From: Lama guanicoe
Taxonomy: Eukaryota
Reading direction: 5' to 3'
Assembly (NCBI GenBank): GCA_013239625.1
Contig: MU054338.1
Location: forward strand, 4,303,371 to 4,367,370
DNA length: 64,000 nucleotides
Shown here: in pieces, positions 1-12,433 of the stretch
Position numbering within the stretch: position 1 is the stretch's first letter
Layout of the letters: every line of letters starts with the position of its first letter
Notes under the pieces: model-generated
What the model saw: only the letters and a program-made list of their open reading frames with translations
Told to the model about the DNA's origin: nothing
Databases searched by the model: none
Program-made: the position numbers and the translations under genes

Positions 1-165
1 CACTTACTCTATGCCAGGTGTGGTTCTGGCTCCTGATTCTGGACAATAATCCTATGAGGTGGTCACTGGGTTAGGCACACTTCCTGGATGGAAACACTGA
101 GGCAGAGAGGTGAAGGCATTTGCTCAAGATCATACCACTCACTAGCAAGAGGCAAAGCTGAGGGT

Positions 166-289
166 GGGGAAGGTAGAACTCAGTGGTGGAGCACACACTT
201 AGCAGCATGAGATCCTGGGTTCAGCCTGCCATACCTCCATTTAAAATAAATAAATAAACCTAATTATGCCCCCCCCCAATGAAAAAAAA
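166..289 (+). mobile_element. tRNA-derived SINE (Vic-1-like) inserted in a MIR
   Basis: A/B-box-like head and AAATAAATAAACCTAATT tail; TSD agaggca(a/g)agctg at 148-160 and 291-303. Confidence 0.8.
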
Positions 290-1440
290 TAGAGGCAGAG
301 CTGGGATTTGAAGCCAAGTGATTTGAATCTCCTGCTATTGCTATTCCTCAACACCCGTGCACACATGGATCACCACCCCCCTTCCTTATCCTTGAACACA
401 CAGCATCACATTGGAAACCCACCATTCCAGAGCAGCTGTGTAGGCACCCCAATTCCACAGTCTAGTTGCACCATCATGCCTTGTGTTTACACGCTACCAC
501 AGTGCACTCCCCGAGACCAATTCTTTCCTTCCCTTTTTTTCTTCTTTTCTTGATTCCGCCCCCGGCCCCCACCCACTGGGTCCTGTGCCCTCTCATTGTG
601 CATTTACCCAGTAATCAGTAACAGTCTTTGTCAGGCTCTACCTTTGCCCCCGGGGACACAGATCCAGGCCAGCTGGAAGTTGACACTGGGGGAAACCACA
701 TATGGTTTAGGGAGTAGTCAGTTGGGAACCCAGAGAGGAGATGGGTTTTGCTGGGGAAAATCAAGGTACACTTCCTGGAGGAGGTGCCTGCTCACTGGGT
801 CTCCCAGGGGGAAGAGGAGTGCTCCCCCCTCCAACTGCTTCCTGCCCAGTCCCTCCTGTGAGCCGTATGATGGTGACGGTGAGGATTCAGACTCTTCCCC
901 TAGAGGCGAGGGAAACCAGGGCCCACGCTTACCTCGGGGAGACCGCGGAGCACGGAGGTGCGACTCCACGGAACGTGGGGTGCTAGTGAGCACTCCATAG
1001 TGGGCGGGTCCGCCTGGCTCAGATGTCCCGACCACAGCAACACGTCATGGCGCTCCCTGTCTGTGGCCTGAGCCTTCCCCGGGCTGCCAGGCCTTGTTTC
1101 CCCTCCCTGGAGGGGGTGTATTGAGATCTGCTAAGCCCCTTGGGGTCCAGAGGAATTCAGAAGAGTTGCTGTGAGCCCTTGGCTAAGGGACTGTAACTTT
1201 TGGAGTCCTAGTTTTTTGCATCCACATCCTGGAGTTGTAGAAAGGTTCCCTGATCCAGCTCACCTTTAAAGAGCATTTGCCACGTGTCTGGCACTGCTCA
1301 CAGCAAGCTCTCAACCCCACTCGGAGATCTACTCTTATTCCCACTTAACAGATGGAAAAAATTAGGCTCAGAGAGGTGAAGCAGCTTTCTCCAGATCACA
1401 CAGCAAGAGCTTTTGAGAGCTGAAATTCAAGACACTAGAG

Positions 1441-1745
1441 CAGGGGCAGCACACTTTCCTTTAAAAGGGACCAGAGAAAGTAAATATTTGGTGTTTTGTG
1501 AGCCAGACCGTCTCTGTTGTAACTACGCCACTCTGCCAGAGCCTTTCAAAAGCCACCATGCACAATGCGGAAACGAATGAGCATGGCTGGCTGCCGAGAA
1601 CATTTTGATTGGTGAACGCTGAAATTTGAATGTCATATCATCTGCACATGTCAGGAAATAGTCGTCCTGTGACTTTTCCCAGCTGCTTCAAAATGAAAGC
1701 AACCAAACAAAAAATTCGTAGTTGGTGGACTGTGGTTGACCGCTA
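1441..1745. mobile_element. MER58-like hAT/Charlie DNA transposon remnant
   Basis: Resembles the MER58 consensus as remembered (gtaaatattt...tctctgttgtaactac). Confidence 0.55.
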
Positions 1746-3529
1746 GAGCCTAGGCTGGTCACTGACAGTCTATACTTCATTCATTCATATCTTCATTCAT
1801 TCATTCAGTATTATCCAGGCCTGCAGTTTTCTAGGTCCTGGAGGAAGGATGGGGACAGGGCAGAGGAAGACGCTCCTCTTTGGGAGAGAACACTTTTGTG
1901 GGGGAAACAACTGTAAGCAAGTAAACAAACAAACCAAAGTATTTCACGTGGTGGAAACTGCTAGAAAGGAAATTTCATGGGGTGATGTAACCCGGGGCCC
2001 AAGAGAGAGGCACTTTCATTTGGGTTGTCTGAGACGGTGACTTCTGAGTCTTATCAATTCCTCTTTTTGTCAGCTCAGGCAATCCTTGGCTGGGGCCTGC
2101 TGTGGGGGAGGGTTCAATAGTACAGACAGACCCTCGGCCCGTGGGCTTCTCGGCAGAGCGATGGTAGCGGGGGAGGAGGGGAGGGCTCTGTGGCCTGGTA
2201 TCTTTACATCTATCTTCCTGGCTGGCCAGATTGCTCCGGGAAGGGCTTCTCCCATCATCCCACTATCTCAAATCTTTCAGGTCCTGGCTGCCAAGTGGGC
2301 GAGGGTTGAGGTGGGGGAAGTTTCAACTCCTGCATTCAAGTTCACACGTCTGCTTTACACATGCTGTTAGCATGATTCTTCTGCCTTTAGCTGCGTTCCC
2401 TCCCTCCGGAAACTCTGCCATTTCCGGTGTCTGGAGGAAAAAAATACCCAAACCCCCAAAACGGCTGCGTTTCCGCCCTGATGCGGGGAAGAGCTAGTAT
2501 CTTTTTTGGGAATTTACTTTCAATCAACCCTTCCATTTGTGCTGTCACCCACCAACTCTTTCAGAGTTGGCTGGGGTCACCAGTAACTGAGGCTTGGGAC
2601 ACTGCGGTGATGGTGGCATTTTGTGAGGGAAATTATAGCTGGCATTCCGCCTTGATGGCTTACAACTTGGCTTTAGGTCTTAAAACAGTTGCTTAACTCT
2701 CACTGCAGGGCGGTTTCAGGAGGGTGTAAAAAAAGTATAGGCCAGAGCTGAATTCATCCTCTTTACTCAGAGAGACAGCTGGAAGTGAGCTGGGAACGAC
2801 TGGCGACGGGTCTCGGGAAAGAACATTCCAGCAGAGGGGCAGGAGTTATGAAGAAGCAACCTCGGTCCAATGCAGTGGGTCCTCCAACTTGGGCAAGCGT
2901 CAGAGTCTTCTGGAAGGCCCGTTCCAAGACGGATTATTGCAGGGCTCCGGCTCCCGCTCCCGGAGCGTCAGTAGGTCTAGGCTGGGGGTGCTAGAATTTG
3001 CAGAGCCAACAAACCCCCAGGTGATGCTATGGTTGCTGGTTTGGGTATCACACCGTATAAACCGCTGGTATAACGGAAGTGTTGAGCACCTGAGCTTCAA
3101 CGCATTACGGTTATTGTTTTCTTCTCATAATTCCCCAGAGAGGCCTAATACGAGACTGAATACGGGGCTCACATCCGATACCTTGTTCAGCTGAATCAAC
3201 ACTCTCCTCCGCACCCCGCCCAATTTCCTGGGCCGCTGGCCGCTGGCTGGGATCAATTCCCCTGCCCGGTCCACCTCCCGTTTTCTACGGGGAGAGTGAG
3301 GTCCTGAGAAGCTTAGAGAGCTGGCTGGTCTGGGCAGAGCAGGGCTTCTGTGGGGGCCCAGGACTTTTCTAGACCTGCCATCCATCTCTCATTCCAGGGT
3401 TGCTTCCTCTTTTGGGGCCGAGTTTTGGCCGCTTCTCTGCTCCTCCTCCCGCCCCCGCCTACACCACGGGAGAGCGAACGGGAAATTTGAGTTTCCTCCG
3501 CCTTTCTCAAGACTGTCCCTTTCCTACAA

Positions 3530-3542
3530 GGGGAATTTCTCC
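3530..3542 (+). promoter_or_regulatory. NF-kB-like site GGGGAATTTCTCC upstream of TNFSF9
   Basis: Near match to GGGRNNYYCC, ~480 nt upstream of exon 1. Confidence 0.4.
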
Positions 3543-4017
3543 ACCTGGACTCTCCAGCCTTCTGCTTGTGGGGTCCAGGGGGCCCCTGACGGGAAGCGTC
3601 TAAGACGGTGGGTGGGTGGGGGCAGGCCAGGGAAGGCCCAGGGGTCCCGGAAGGAGAGGGAGGGTAGGGCAGGGATGAGCTTGGCACTCAGGGTTCCCCT
3701 GGGGTGGGGGGCTCATGCTCCAGAGGAGAAGGGGGCTGAGGCCTGGCTGTCCTCTGGCCCCACTGAAGAAGTGCTCGGTTTAGGGGATCCCTGGGGGAGC
3801 CCCAGCGCTGGGGACTAGGGAGTGATAAGAAATTGGGGAAAGAGGCAAAGCGACAGAGAAGCAGAGAGGCACAGAGAGATAACCAGGGAGACACAAGGAG
3901 AGATAACTAGGGAGAAAGAGGATTCAGCGAGGGAGAGCTTGGAGGGCGAGGGACAGAAAAAGAGATGGAGAGAGAGAGATCCAGGGAAGAGAAAGCGAGG
4001 GAAAGTTCGGACAGAGG

Positions 4018-4296
4018 GTGGAAGGTGCGGGGCGGGGATCCAGCCCCGCCGCCGCCCCGGACCCCGAAGCCCAGCGTCCGCCCGCGCCCGCGGGCCGTGC
4101 CTGCGGCCCGCTGCCCTGGGCGCTGAGCGCCGCGCTGCTGCTGCTCGCCGCCGCCTGCGCCGCCTGCCTGGTCCGCTCCTGGGCCGCCCCCGGGGCCCCG
4201 GTCTCGCCCAGCCCCGGCCCCGCGCCCAGCCCGAGACTCCCCGAGGGCCCCGAGCTGGCGCCCGACGCCCGCGCCCGCCTCCCCGACCCTCCGCAG
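4018..4296 (+). CDS. TNFSF9: TNFSF9 exon 1 coding part (cytoplasmic tail, TM, stalk)
   Basis: DPEA motif, hydrophobic TM segment, donor CAG|GTAAGA at 4296/4297; 5' boundary uncertain. Confidence 0.85.
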
Positions 4297-6269
4297 GTAA
4301 GACGCGCCCCGACCTGGACCCGGGGAGAGACCCCTACACGTCTCCGTCCGGTCCCTCCCGGGAGGCCCTTTCCGCACCCCAGACCGAGGGTAGAGGGACC
4401 CCTATCGTCCCTCTTGGACCTTTGAAGGCACCCCTCTTTATCCAGGACTTCGGGGGGCACCCCTTCTCATCCTGCACCCCCGTGAGGCCCCACCTGCATC
4501 CCGGGCTCCAGGGGACACCCTTTCTCCCGAGATGGGGCACTTTTTATCTCCAGCCGCTGAGGAGGTTCCCCATTTCCTAACTCCCGGGAGCCTCGGTTTT
4601 CTCTCGGACTCTCGGGGTACCCCGTTTCCCTCCTAAGACTCCCCAGTGCCAAGTCCCCGCGGAGGGACTCTTCCCCCCACCCCGGTGTCCTCGCCGACAG
4701 CGGGGCTGGGGCAGCACGGCTGTGTCCGGGCATGTGTTCTTTCGGAGCCGGGAGGGAAGGAGGCGTGAGCTTCAGGCCAGCGCAGACCGCGGAGACCGGC
4801 CTTCCAGGGGGCTGGGGGAGGGGGGGACCTCCATCCACTTTCCGCCTTCCGTCTCTCCGCAGGGCGCGTTCGCGCAGCTGGTGGCAGAAGATGGTGAGTG
4901 ACCTGTGCCGCTCCCCACGACGAAGTTGGGGCGGGGGGCTGTGGGGTGCACTAAGGAAGGGAGCCCCGGAGAGGGAGGCTCCCTCTCTGACCCCATTAGA
5001 CCCTCTTCCCCTCCTCCCTTTCAAAAGTGGCCCCTCCCTTCTTAGAACCTCATCCATCCCTCTCTGGGTCTCCTCCTCCTCTGACCCTCATCTGTGCCCA
5101 TCTCAGACCCCCGCCCTCTCAGAGCTGGGGCTTGATTCCCAAGTCCCAGCCAGTCGGGTCTCTCCTATTTGGCTCTAGGAGATCGAGACCCTCCTCCCCA
5201 GGCCTGGTTCCCCTCCTCCCTTCCGGAAACCTTCCTTTCCGCTCACTGCCCCTTCCCCTTCCCGAGACCCTCCTCCCCATCCCCCTTCCTGAAACTCTTC
5301 TCTCTGCCTCCTCCCTCTGCCCCTCCCCCTTCCAGACTCTCCTCCTCCTCCCTCCAGACCCTCCCCCCAACACCCTTCCCTCCCCCCCCTCTTCCCTTCT
5401 CTCCTGTGGACTCTTCTTTACATGTCCTTCCCCTCCTCCTTTCGGACTCCTGCCACCTCCTTCTGCTCTCTCTTAAGGAGACCTTTCTCGCATCTTCTCT
5501 CCTTGGAGTTCTCTCCACCACCTCCTCCTGTCCCTTTTCCTTAAAATCTTCTACCTCTCTCGAAGTCCCCTTGTTTCCTAATCTCTTGGATTTTTCCTCC
5601 TTCGTGACAGCCTCTCCCTCCCTTTCCCCCCATACCCCCTTCACAATCCCCCTTCTCACCCCCTTCAGAGTCCCCTCCTCCATCCTGTCCAGTCTCTCTC
5701 CCCACATCCCCCTCACCTCCCTCTCCAAACCCCTTCCTTTCTTCCCTCAGAGCCCCCCACCCCTCCCCAGGGCTGCACCTCTTCCCCACGTGCTCAGTGT
5801 ACCCCTCCTTCCTCCCACAGTACAGCTGACTGAAGGGCCTCTGCGCTGGTACAGTGACCCGAGTCTGACAGGTGTGACTCTTGCGCCAGGCATGAGCTAT
5901 GACAAGCAAACACATGAGCTGGTGGTGGCTGAGGCTGGAGTCTACTATGTTTTCTTGAACTTGGGTCTGAAGCGAGTGGTGGCCAGCAACAGTGACAGCA
6001 TCTCTGGCTCCGTCTCCGTTGCCCTGCACCTGCAGTCTCTCCATGCCAGGGCCGCCTCCCCGGCCCTGACCTTGGACCTGCCACTCCCATCCTTGGGGAA
6101 CTCAGTGTCTGGTTTCCGGGGTGGCCTGCTGCATGTGGGTGCTGGACAGCGCCTGGGCGTCCACCTGCACCCCGCGGTCCGGAAGTCCCGCACCTGGCAG
6201 CTCTCACAGGCCACGGTCTTGGGCCTCTTCCGTGTTGCCACCGAAGTCCCGGCTGGACTCCCCTTGTGA
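4018..6269 (+). CDS. TNFSF9: TNF ligand superfamily member 9 (4-1BB ligand/CD137L); exons ~4018-4296, 4863-4893, 5821-6269; start codon unresolved
   Basis: Spliced translation ...PDPEAQRPPAPAGRACGPLPWALSAALLLLAAACAACL (TM)...PDPPQ|GAFAQLVAED|VQLTEGPLRWYSDPSLTGV...GVYYVFL...GQRLGVHL...ATVLGLFRVATEVPAGLPL* matches 4-1BBL. Both introns are GT-AG and the phases are consistent (279+31+449=759 nt). Position 4018 is GTG, not ATG. Confidence 0.93.
4863..4893 (+). CDS. TNFSF9: TNFSF9 exon 2 (31 nt, GAFAQLVAED)
   Basis: Pyrimidine tract then ccgcAG| acceptor; |GTGAGT donor; encodes strand A (FAQLVA). Confidence 0.93.
4981..5820 (+). repeat. Polypyrimidine (C/T) low-complexity tract filling most of TNFSF9 intron 2
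   Basis: ~840 nt strongly depleted of G/A on the + strand. Confidence 0.85.
5821..6269 (+). CDS. TNFSF9: TNFSF9 exon 3 coding part (TNF homology domain)
   Basis: ctcccacAG| acceptor at 5820; open frame to TGA at 6267-6269. Confidence 0.95.
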
Positions 6270-6909
6270 CAACTCATGTGACTCCAAGCCCTGGACCAAG
6301 ACTGAATCTTGCCTTCCTTTGTTGGGGCCCTTGGTGATGGGGCCCGGCTATTCTACCTCACCAGGCTGGGCAGGGGTCCGTGCTGCTGACCCCCTCTTCC
6401 AGAACTCTCCAGGTCCCAACGTCACTCCTGCCCTGAGTCGGACTCTTGGTATTTATTCTGAGCCTGAGCTCAGACAGTGTACATTATATTAATCCATTCA
6501 ACTTATATTTATTGAGCTTCTGCTCCGTGCCAGGCACTGTGCAGGGCTAGAGAAACATCAGCAAATGAAAAAGAACCCCCTCCCCGCCAACCCTTATTTA
6601 TGTTAATATATGAGAAACGGAGATGCATTCCCCAGCCCCACCATGAGATTTGTGGGGCTCGCTTGTGGGAGTCCAAGTAACTCTGCAGTGTGAGCGTCAT
6701 TCATTTATGCAACTCTTCTCCAGCACCTGCTGTGTCAGGCACTGTTTTAGGTGCTGGGGACACAGCCATGGGCAAGACAAGACAAACCCCCAAGCTCCCA
6801 GCTTTTGCCAAGCTGATGGTCAAGTATGCTGGCTGACCTCATGACCGAGTGTGTGTGACTCCGTGTACCTGGGCCGTGTGGGAGGCTGAGATGGTCCATG
6901 GTATTGGAT

Positions 6910-6915
6910 AATAAA
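6910..6915 (+). terminator. Candidate TNFSF9 polyadenylation signal AATAAA
   Basis: AATAAA ~640 nt after the stop; AU-rich TATTTATT motifs at ~6450 and ~6506 in the presumptive 3'UTR. Confidence 0.55.
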
Positions 6916-7029
6916 ATATTTATTAGTGTAAGACCTGATATATCGAACAGGTACTATATGCTGGATTATGAGTTATCTTGAGACTTACAACTACCCTGAG
7001 CCTTAGGGATTTTATTATTTCTGTGTTAC

Positions 7030-7660
7030 TATTATCTAGGCTCTTGAGTTTTTTTTTAAACCTGTACTATATCTGGTGGTGGAAATACTGTATAATGTCA
7101 TTCTGCAGAACATTACTTGCTTCCTTGGTTCAGTGACAGCACACTGGTAACTTACATTCAGCCGCAGTGGGAGTATTTACACCATGGGAAGCGGCAAATG
7201 CTACGAGTCAGGGCTCAGTTTATTCTTTGTTGATTGTCTATACTTAAAGGGATGGAGAAAAAGATGTTAAACGTAGATTAGACTTAAGCATGTCTTGTCT
7301 GTAGCTGTTGCATTGTGAACAGCACACACGTCGAGGAAGTTCTCTAGCGTTTTCAAACCCTTATCTGATTTGGCAAAAGAAATTGCTCATATCATCAAAA
7401 AGCAAGTGAAGTGTGGACGCATATCTTCATTGTTCCGTACCATCTCAGTCTTTAAAGGAAAATTCCAACCTCCATTCACTTGTTTGCCACTTGCCAGCAT
7501 AGGCTGGCTCTGGGTACGAGAGTGGGAAGAATCAAGGAAGACGTTCTGTGAGAGTCAATTTCGGCTGTATGGAATTTGCAACGCAGACACATTTTATTTT
7601 TTGCTGATGACATTTATAATAAACACGTATTCATTTCTTCCCTTCTGGAGAGCTGGCTGT
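7030..7660. mobile_element. Old hAT-type DNA transposon remnant
   Basis: cagtgggagtatttacaccatgg...gcaaatgctac motif recalled from hAT-Tip100 elements; family uncertain. Confidence 0.35.
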
Positions 7661-8904
7661 GAAACAACGCCACTGTTCCCCTCCCTACAGACCTGTCGGC
7701 TCCCCCAAACCCCATGATTCCCCACCATGCAGGTCTTCTGCCCACTGGCTCGTATAAACCAGCTGGACCTTGGCTCCTGGGGTGGGGGTGGATAGGGAAG
7801 TCTCCATGGAGCGCGTGATCTTGATGGGACTTAAAAGGAGGGATGGGGGATGTGGGAGAGCTTAGTGTATGCTGGTCAGATTGGAGGGTGGGGGATGGGC
7901 ACTGAAGATGGGGCTGTGGAGGTGAAAGTCATTTAGCTGACCCATCTCCACCCAGCTGGAGAAGTTTGTTCCCAGAACTGACATTGAGCTGAATACGGCC
8001 ACGCCGGGCACTAAATCATCAAACTAGTTCCATACTAATTGGCAAATGCCTGTTAGTCCCCACCCCTATTGTTGGATGCTTCCCCTGGACCTCCAGGGTG
8101 GCCCTTGTGACCCAGCATCCAAAACGTTAACACTGGGATGGGTGGGGGAAGTGTGCGGTCCAGGGTCCAGCCTCAAATCTGGTCAACTTCGGTCTACATT
8201 GGTTGCTCGCATTGTGACTGTCTCCTCTGGCGCAGCTGATTGGCTCAGGGTGGGTACATGACTCAAGCTGGGCCAATCAGATCTCCTCGGCAGGAATGTG
8301 GGCGGACCTGGCTTCTGTAGATGCTATGAGTCAGGGATTGGAAGGTGTGTGAGAGAGAGTCATGAAGGGGCCCATGTGCAGAGGGAGATGGGAGGAGGAC
8401 CGTGCCCCCTCCAAAGGCCCTCTTCCAACTTCAGGGGGTCACCCACAATCTTTGGAGTTCCTTGCCTTGCAGCTAGGTTACTCCCAGCATGGACGTGAAT
8501 TCTGGATGGACACTTTTCAACCATGTACGTCTAGTATCTACTCTTGGGGACCATGAGAAACCTGAATGCCCTCCAATAAATTTCCTGCTAAAGTGGATTT
8601 TGTTCTGTGCCACCTCTAAGACAGTGGTCCCCAAGAATGAAGGCCCTCAAGGCCATTGGTGTCTTTCTTGGTGGCTTTGGGATCCCGGACACCATCCTAT
8701 TTCCTGTGTTACGTTGAGGATGGGTCTGAGACCCACAAACAGAGTCCCTTAGCCCCTCCCGCCACAGCAGCCCCATAAGATGAATCTCCAGTGATGGAGA
8801 CAGAGTGGAGAAGTCAGCAGACTTGATCCAGTTTCCTGTGTGAATGTATGTGTGTTGGGAGCAGTACAGTGAGGAAGGAGTGGGGATGGGTCTGCAGAGC
8901 ATGC

Positions 8905-9458
8905 TTTTTTTTTTTTTTTAAATAGTGTTAAGGACACTTCCCATGAGATCTATGCTCTTAACAAAATTTTAAGTGCACAACACATTGTCGTTGACTAGAG
9001 GCACCGTGCTGTGCAGCAGATCTCTGAAATGTATTCATCTAGTGTAATGGAAACTTCTTACCTGTTGAACAACAGCTCCCCATTTCCCCCTCCCGCTAGC
9101 CTCTGGCAACCATCGCTGTACCTTCTGTTTCTAGGACTTTGACTTTTTAGATACCTCATCGAAGTGGGCTTGTGCAGGCTTTCTCTCTCTGTCTGGCTTA
9201 TTTCACTGAGCATCATGTCCTTCAGGTTCATCCGTGTTGTTGCAGATGGCAAACGTTCCTTTTTAAGGCCGAATAATATTCCATTGTATGGATGGACTAC
9301 AGTTTCTTTATCCATCTGCCGATGGACATTTAGGTTGTTTCCATATCTTGGCTATTATGAATAATGCTACAATGAACATGAGAGTGCCAATCTCTCTTTG
9401 GGATTCTGATTTCAGTTCTGTTGGCTATGTCCCCAGAAGTGGGATTGCGGGATCATAC
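8905..9458 (-). mobile_element. L1 (L1MA-type) 3' end
   Basis: Poly-T at the left end; ORF2 C-terminal-like translation (ATTRMNLKDMMLSEISQ). Confidence 0.8.
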
Positions 9459-12016
9459 AGAATATGCATTTTAGTGTCATAGAGAGCTGAGTTCAAGCCC
9501 TGGTTCTGGCAGTGCTTGCTAAGCTGTGCATCCTTGGGCAGACGCCTTCACCTCTCTGGGCCTAGTATCTTCAATTGTCAAACTGGAAAAAGTTTTGCAT
9601 TTCATGGGCTCTTGGGAGTGTTAAGTCAGCTGATGGGTTTAATAGCACAGTGCCTGGCATTTGATTTAATATGTGGAAGCTGTTGTTATTATTACACCAA
9701 TCAGGTCACAGAGAGATGGCATCTAAGGTTCATAGTAAATCGGGTTAGGTGAAGTGAGTTCCTGGTAGGGAGAGCAGCATGTATCAAGGGCCAGATGTAG
9801 GAGTGTGGCTAGATAGTGTGAGATAGGGCTGAGGGGGTCAGATCATGCAAGCTCGTGAATGACAGCCCAAAGCTTTATCCCAAGGACAAGGGAGTATCAA
9901 GAAGACAGAGGTCAGATGAGCTTGTTAGAACTAGATCCCTCTGGCAGGGGTGCAGAGTTGGATGGGAGACAGAGAGGGGAGGCCCATGGAATCACCCAGT
10001 GAGAGATAGTGGAGGGTTGGGATGGAGTGTTGGCTTTGACAATGGAGAAACAGTGAATGCATATGGGAGAGAGATGATAGGAGGGTTAGGAGTTGGTGAG
10101 ACTCTGAGCATCGGTGAGATGGAGGAGATGGAGGCGCCAAGACTTTTGGCCCATGCAACTGGATAGATGGTGGAGGCCTTTATGGATCTGGGGACCTGGA
10201 TGACCACAGGTCACTCTGAGATATGGAATTTCCACGTGCCTTTGAAGTGACCGGGTGAGAATGTTAAATCAATTCTCATAAGTGGCTATGCTAACTCTTT
10301 GGCTGGGATGGAAATTCGAGAGTTGTTTGTATATTTCCACATTGGGCATTTTGGACAAAGATGAGATCCCTTAGAAAAACAGGTTAAGAGGTAGCAGGAA
10401 AGAAGGTCTTAGACCAAGAGCTGAGGAACCCCAATAAACAATGGTTCTGTGGGAGGCCAGGATGCATGAAAGCCTGAAAAAGAGCAGCCAGACAGGAAAG
10501 AGGAAACTCAAGATTCCAAGGAATCTGTTTCAGGAAGGAAGTAGTCAATGGTGTTGGCCAGTGCTGACAGTCAGTTAAGATAAGAACCGAAAATATCTAC
10601 CAGATTTTGAATCATCAGAATCATGAGTGGCTTTTATAAGGGTTATATTCAGGGGTATGAATTGATCTCTGTATGTCAGAGTGACTTGAGAAGTTAGTAA
10701 CAAGTATAAAATCTGAGGTCACCTCTATAGATATTTTCTTTAAAAAAGTTAGTATTTGGAAAGCATTCCAAATTTAGAGAAACATGTTACACAAATAACA
10801 AAAGTACAAAGAATGCCTCCATATTCTTTACCTAGATTCACCAAATTGTTAACAGTTTGCCCCATTCACTTTATCATCTGCTCTGTCTCCTTTCTTCCCC
10901 CGTCATACTGTGACTATAAGTTGGAAGTATTCATTTGAGTCAGATGTGGTCAAATTTATTAAGAAATAAAACCAGAGGACATCGCATACTCAGAGGTTGG
11001 GGCAGTTCTAGGAAATTCCTAAAGGTAGCATGAGTGAATTCAAGAAGTGGGAGGAAGTTTGGGGGCATTTGTCAAGGTGATTACACAGAAAGAAACATGG
11101 GGGCTAGCTGGCTTAGCTTTACCCTCTCTCTGGCCTACATACTAAGCAGATCCAATGATATAATTTGCCCTTTGGCTAATTCGTTGGATAAAATATGCAC
11201 AAGTTACTAGCACTCCCTCTTCAGAGTCAAGTTACAGCAAATTGAACAGGAAAGGGAACAGGAATTTTCAAACAAAAAAATGAGCAGACAAGTAAGAACC
11301 ACCAGGTATGTGACTGAAATCACATGCTGCGGAAGAGACATTCCAAACTCCACAAAAGCAGAAAAAAATGAACACATGAAGAAATGAAGCTAATAGAACA
11401 AATAAAAGACTACAGCATAAATTAAAATCACTTCCCTAGAAAAAGTTTATTTCAGATTAAATGATATTTACATCCTCCAATAATAAAGTCTGTAAAGATA
11501 CTCCTTCAAAGTTGAATCAAACTTTCAGAGAGATGAAAGTTTAGACATTAAATACCATTGCTCATTAAGGTTCAAAGACATTAAAGTGCAAAGGAGTTGA
11601 GTTACCAGAGTGAGATTAGAGAACACTTTTTCATTCACTCATTTATTTGTTCAACAAATATTTACTGGAATTTTTTTTTCTTTTTAACATACCAGCAATT
11701 TTTCTAGGTGCTGGGGATTCAGAAGAAAGAAGAGAGACTTGATTTCTGCTCTCAGGCAGCTTATATTCTAGGTCAGGAGTCAGCAAAAACTATTAACTGC
11801 TTTTGTAAGTGAAGTTTTATTGAAATATGGCCACGATCAGTTTTTATGTATTGCCGATAGCTGTTGTCATGCTGCAGTGGCAGAGTTGAGTAACTATGAC
11901 AGAGAGTGCATGGCTCTTGAAGCCTAACATAGCTGGTACCTGGACCTTCACAGAAAACGTCGCTGATCTCTATTCTAGATAACCCCAAATAGAATAATTT
12001 TACATTGTATGAATAC

Positions 12017-12433
12017 TGTATTAGTCAGAGTTCTCTAGAGAAACAGAACCAATAGGATATGTATATACATACAGAGATTTATTTTAAGGAATTGGCTTAT
12101 ACAATTGTGGGATCTTGCAAATCTGACATCTTTAGGGCAAGTTAGCAGCCTGGAGACCCAGAGAAGAGTGGATGTTGCAGTCTCAAATCTAAAGGCAGTC
12201 TGGAGGCAGAATCACTTCATCCTTTGGGGGACATCAGTCTTTTTCTCTTAAGGCCTTCAACTGATTGAACAAGACCCACCCACATTATGGCAGGCAATCT
12301 GCTTTATTCAAAGTCTACTGACTTAAATATTAATTGCTCCTAAAAATACTTTACAACAACATTTAGGTTGATGTTTGGCCAAATATCTGGTACTGTGGCC
12401 TAGTCAAGTTGATATATAAAATTAACCATCACA
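12017..12433 (-). mobile_element. MLT2-type (ERVL) LTR
   Basis: tgtattagtcagagttctctagagaaacagaaccaatagg...aaattaaccatcaca termini. Confidence 0.7.

Larger units (their letters stand above)
3990..4950. promoter_or_regulatory. CpG island over TNFSF9 exons 1-2; GC box at ~4030 and kB-like GGGAAAGTTC at 4000-4009
   Basis: Very high GC and CpG density by inspection. Confidence 0.75.

Noticed and set aside
3822..4580. Long overlapping ORFs on both strands (252, 156 and 178 aa)
   Set aside because: By-products of the stop-poor CpG island over TNFSF9 exon 1.
5169..5820. N-terminal ~217 aa of the 366-aa ORF 5169-6269
   Set aside because: Pro/Ser/Leu-rich read-through of the pyrimidine intron with a TTG start; only 5821 onward is exon.
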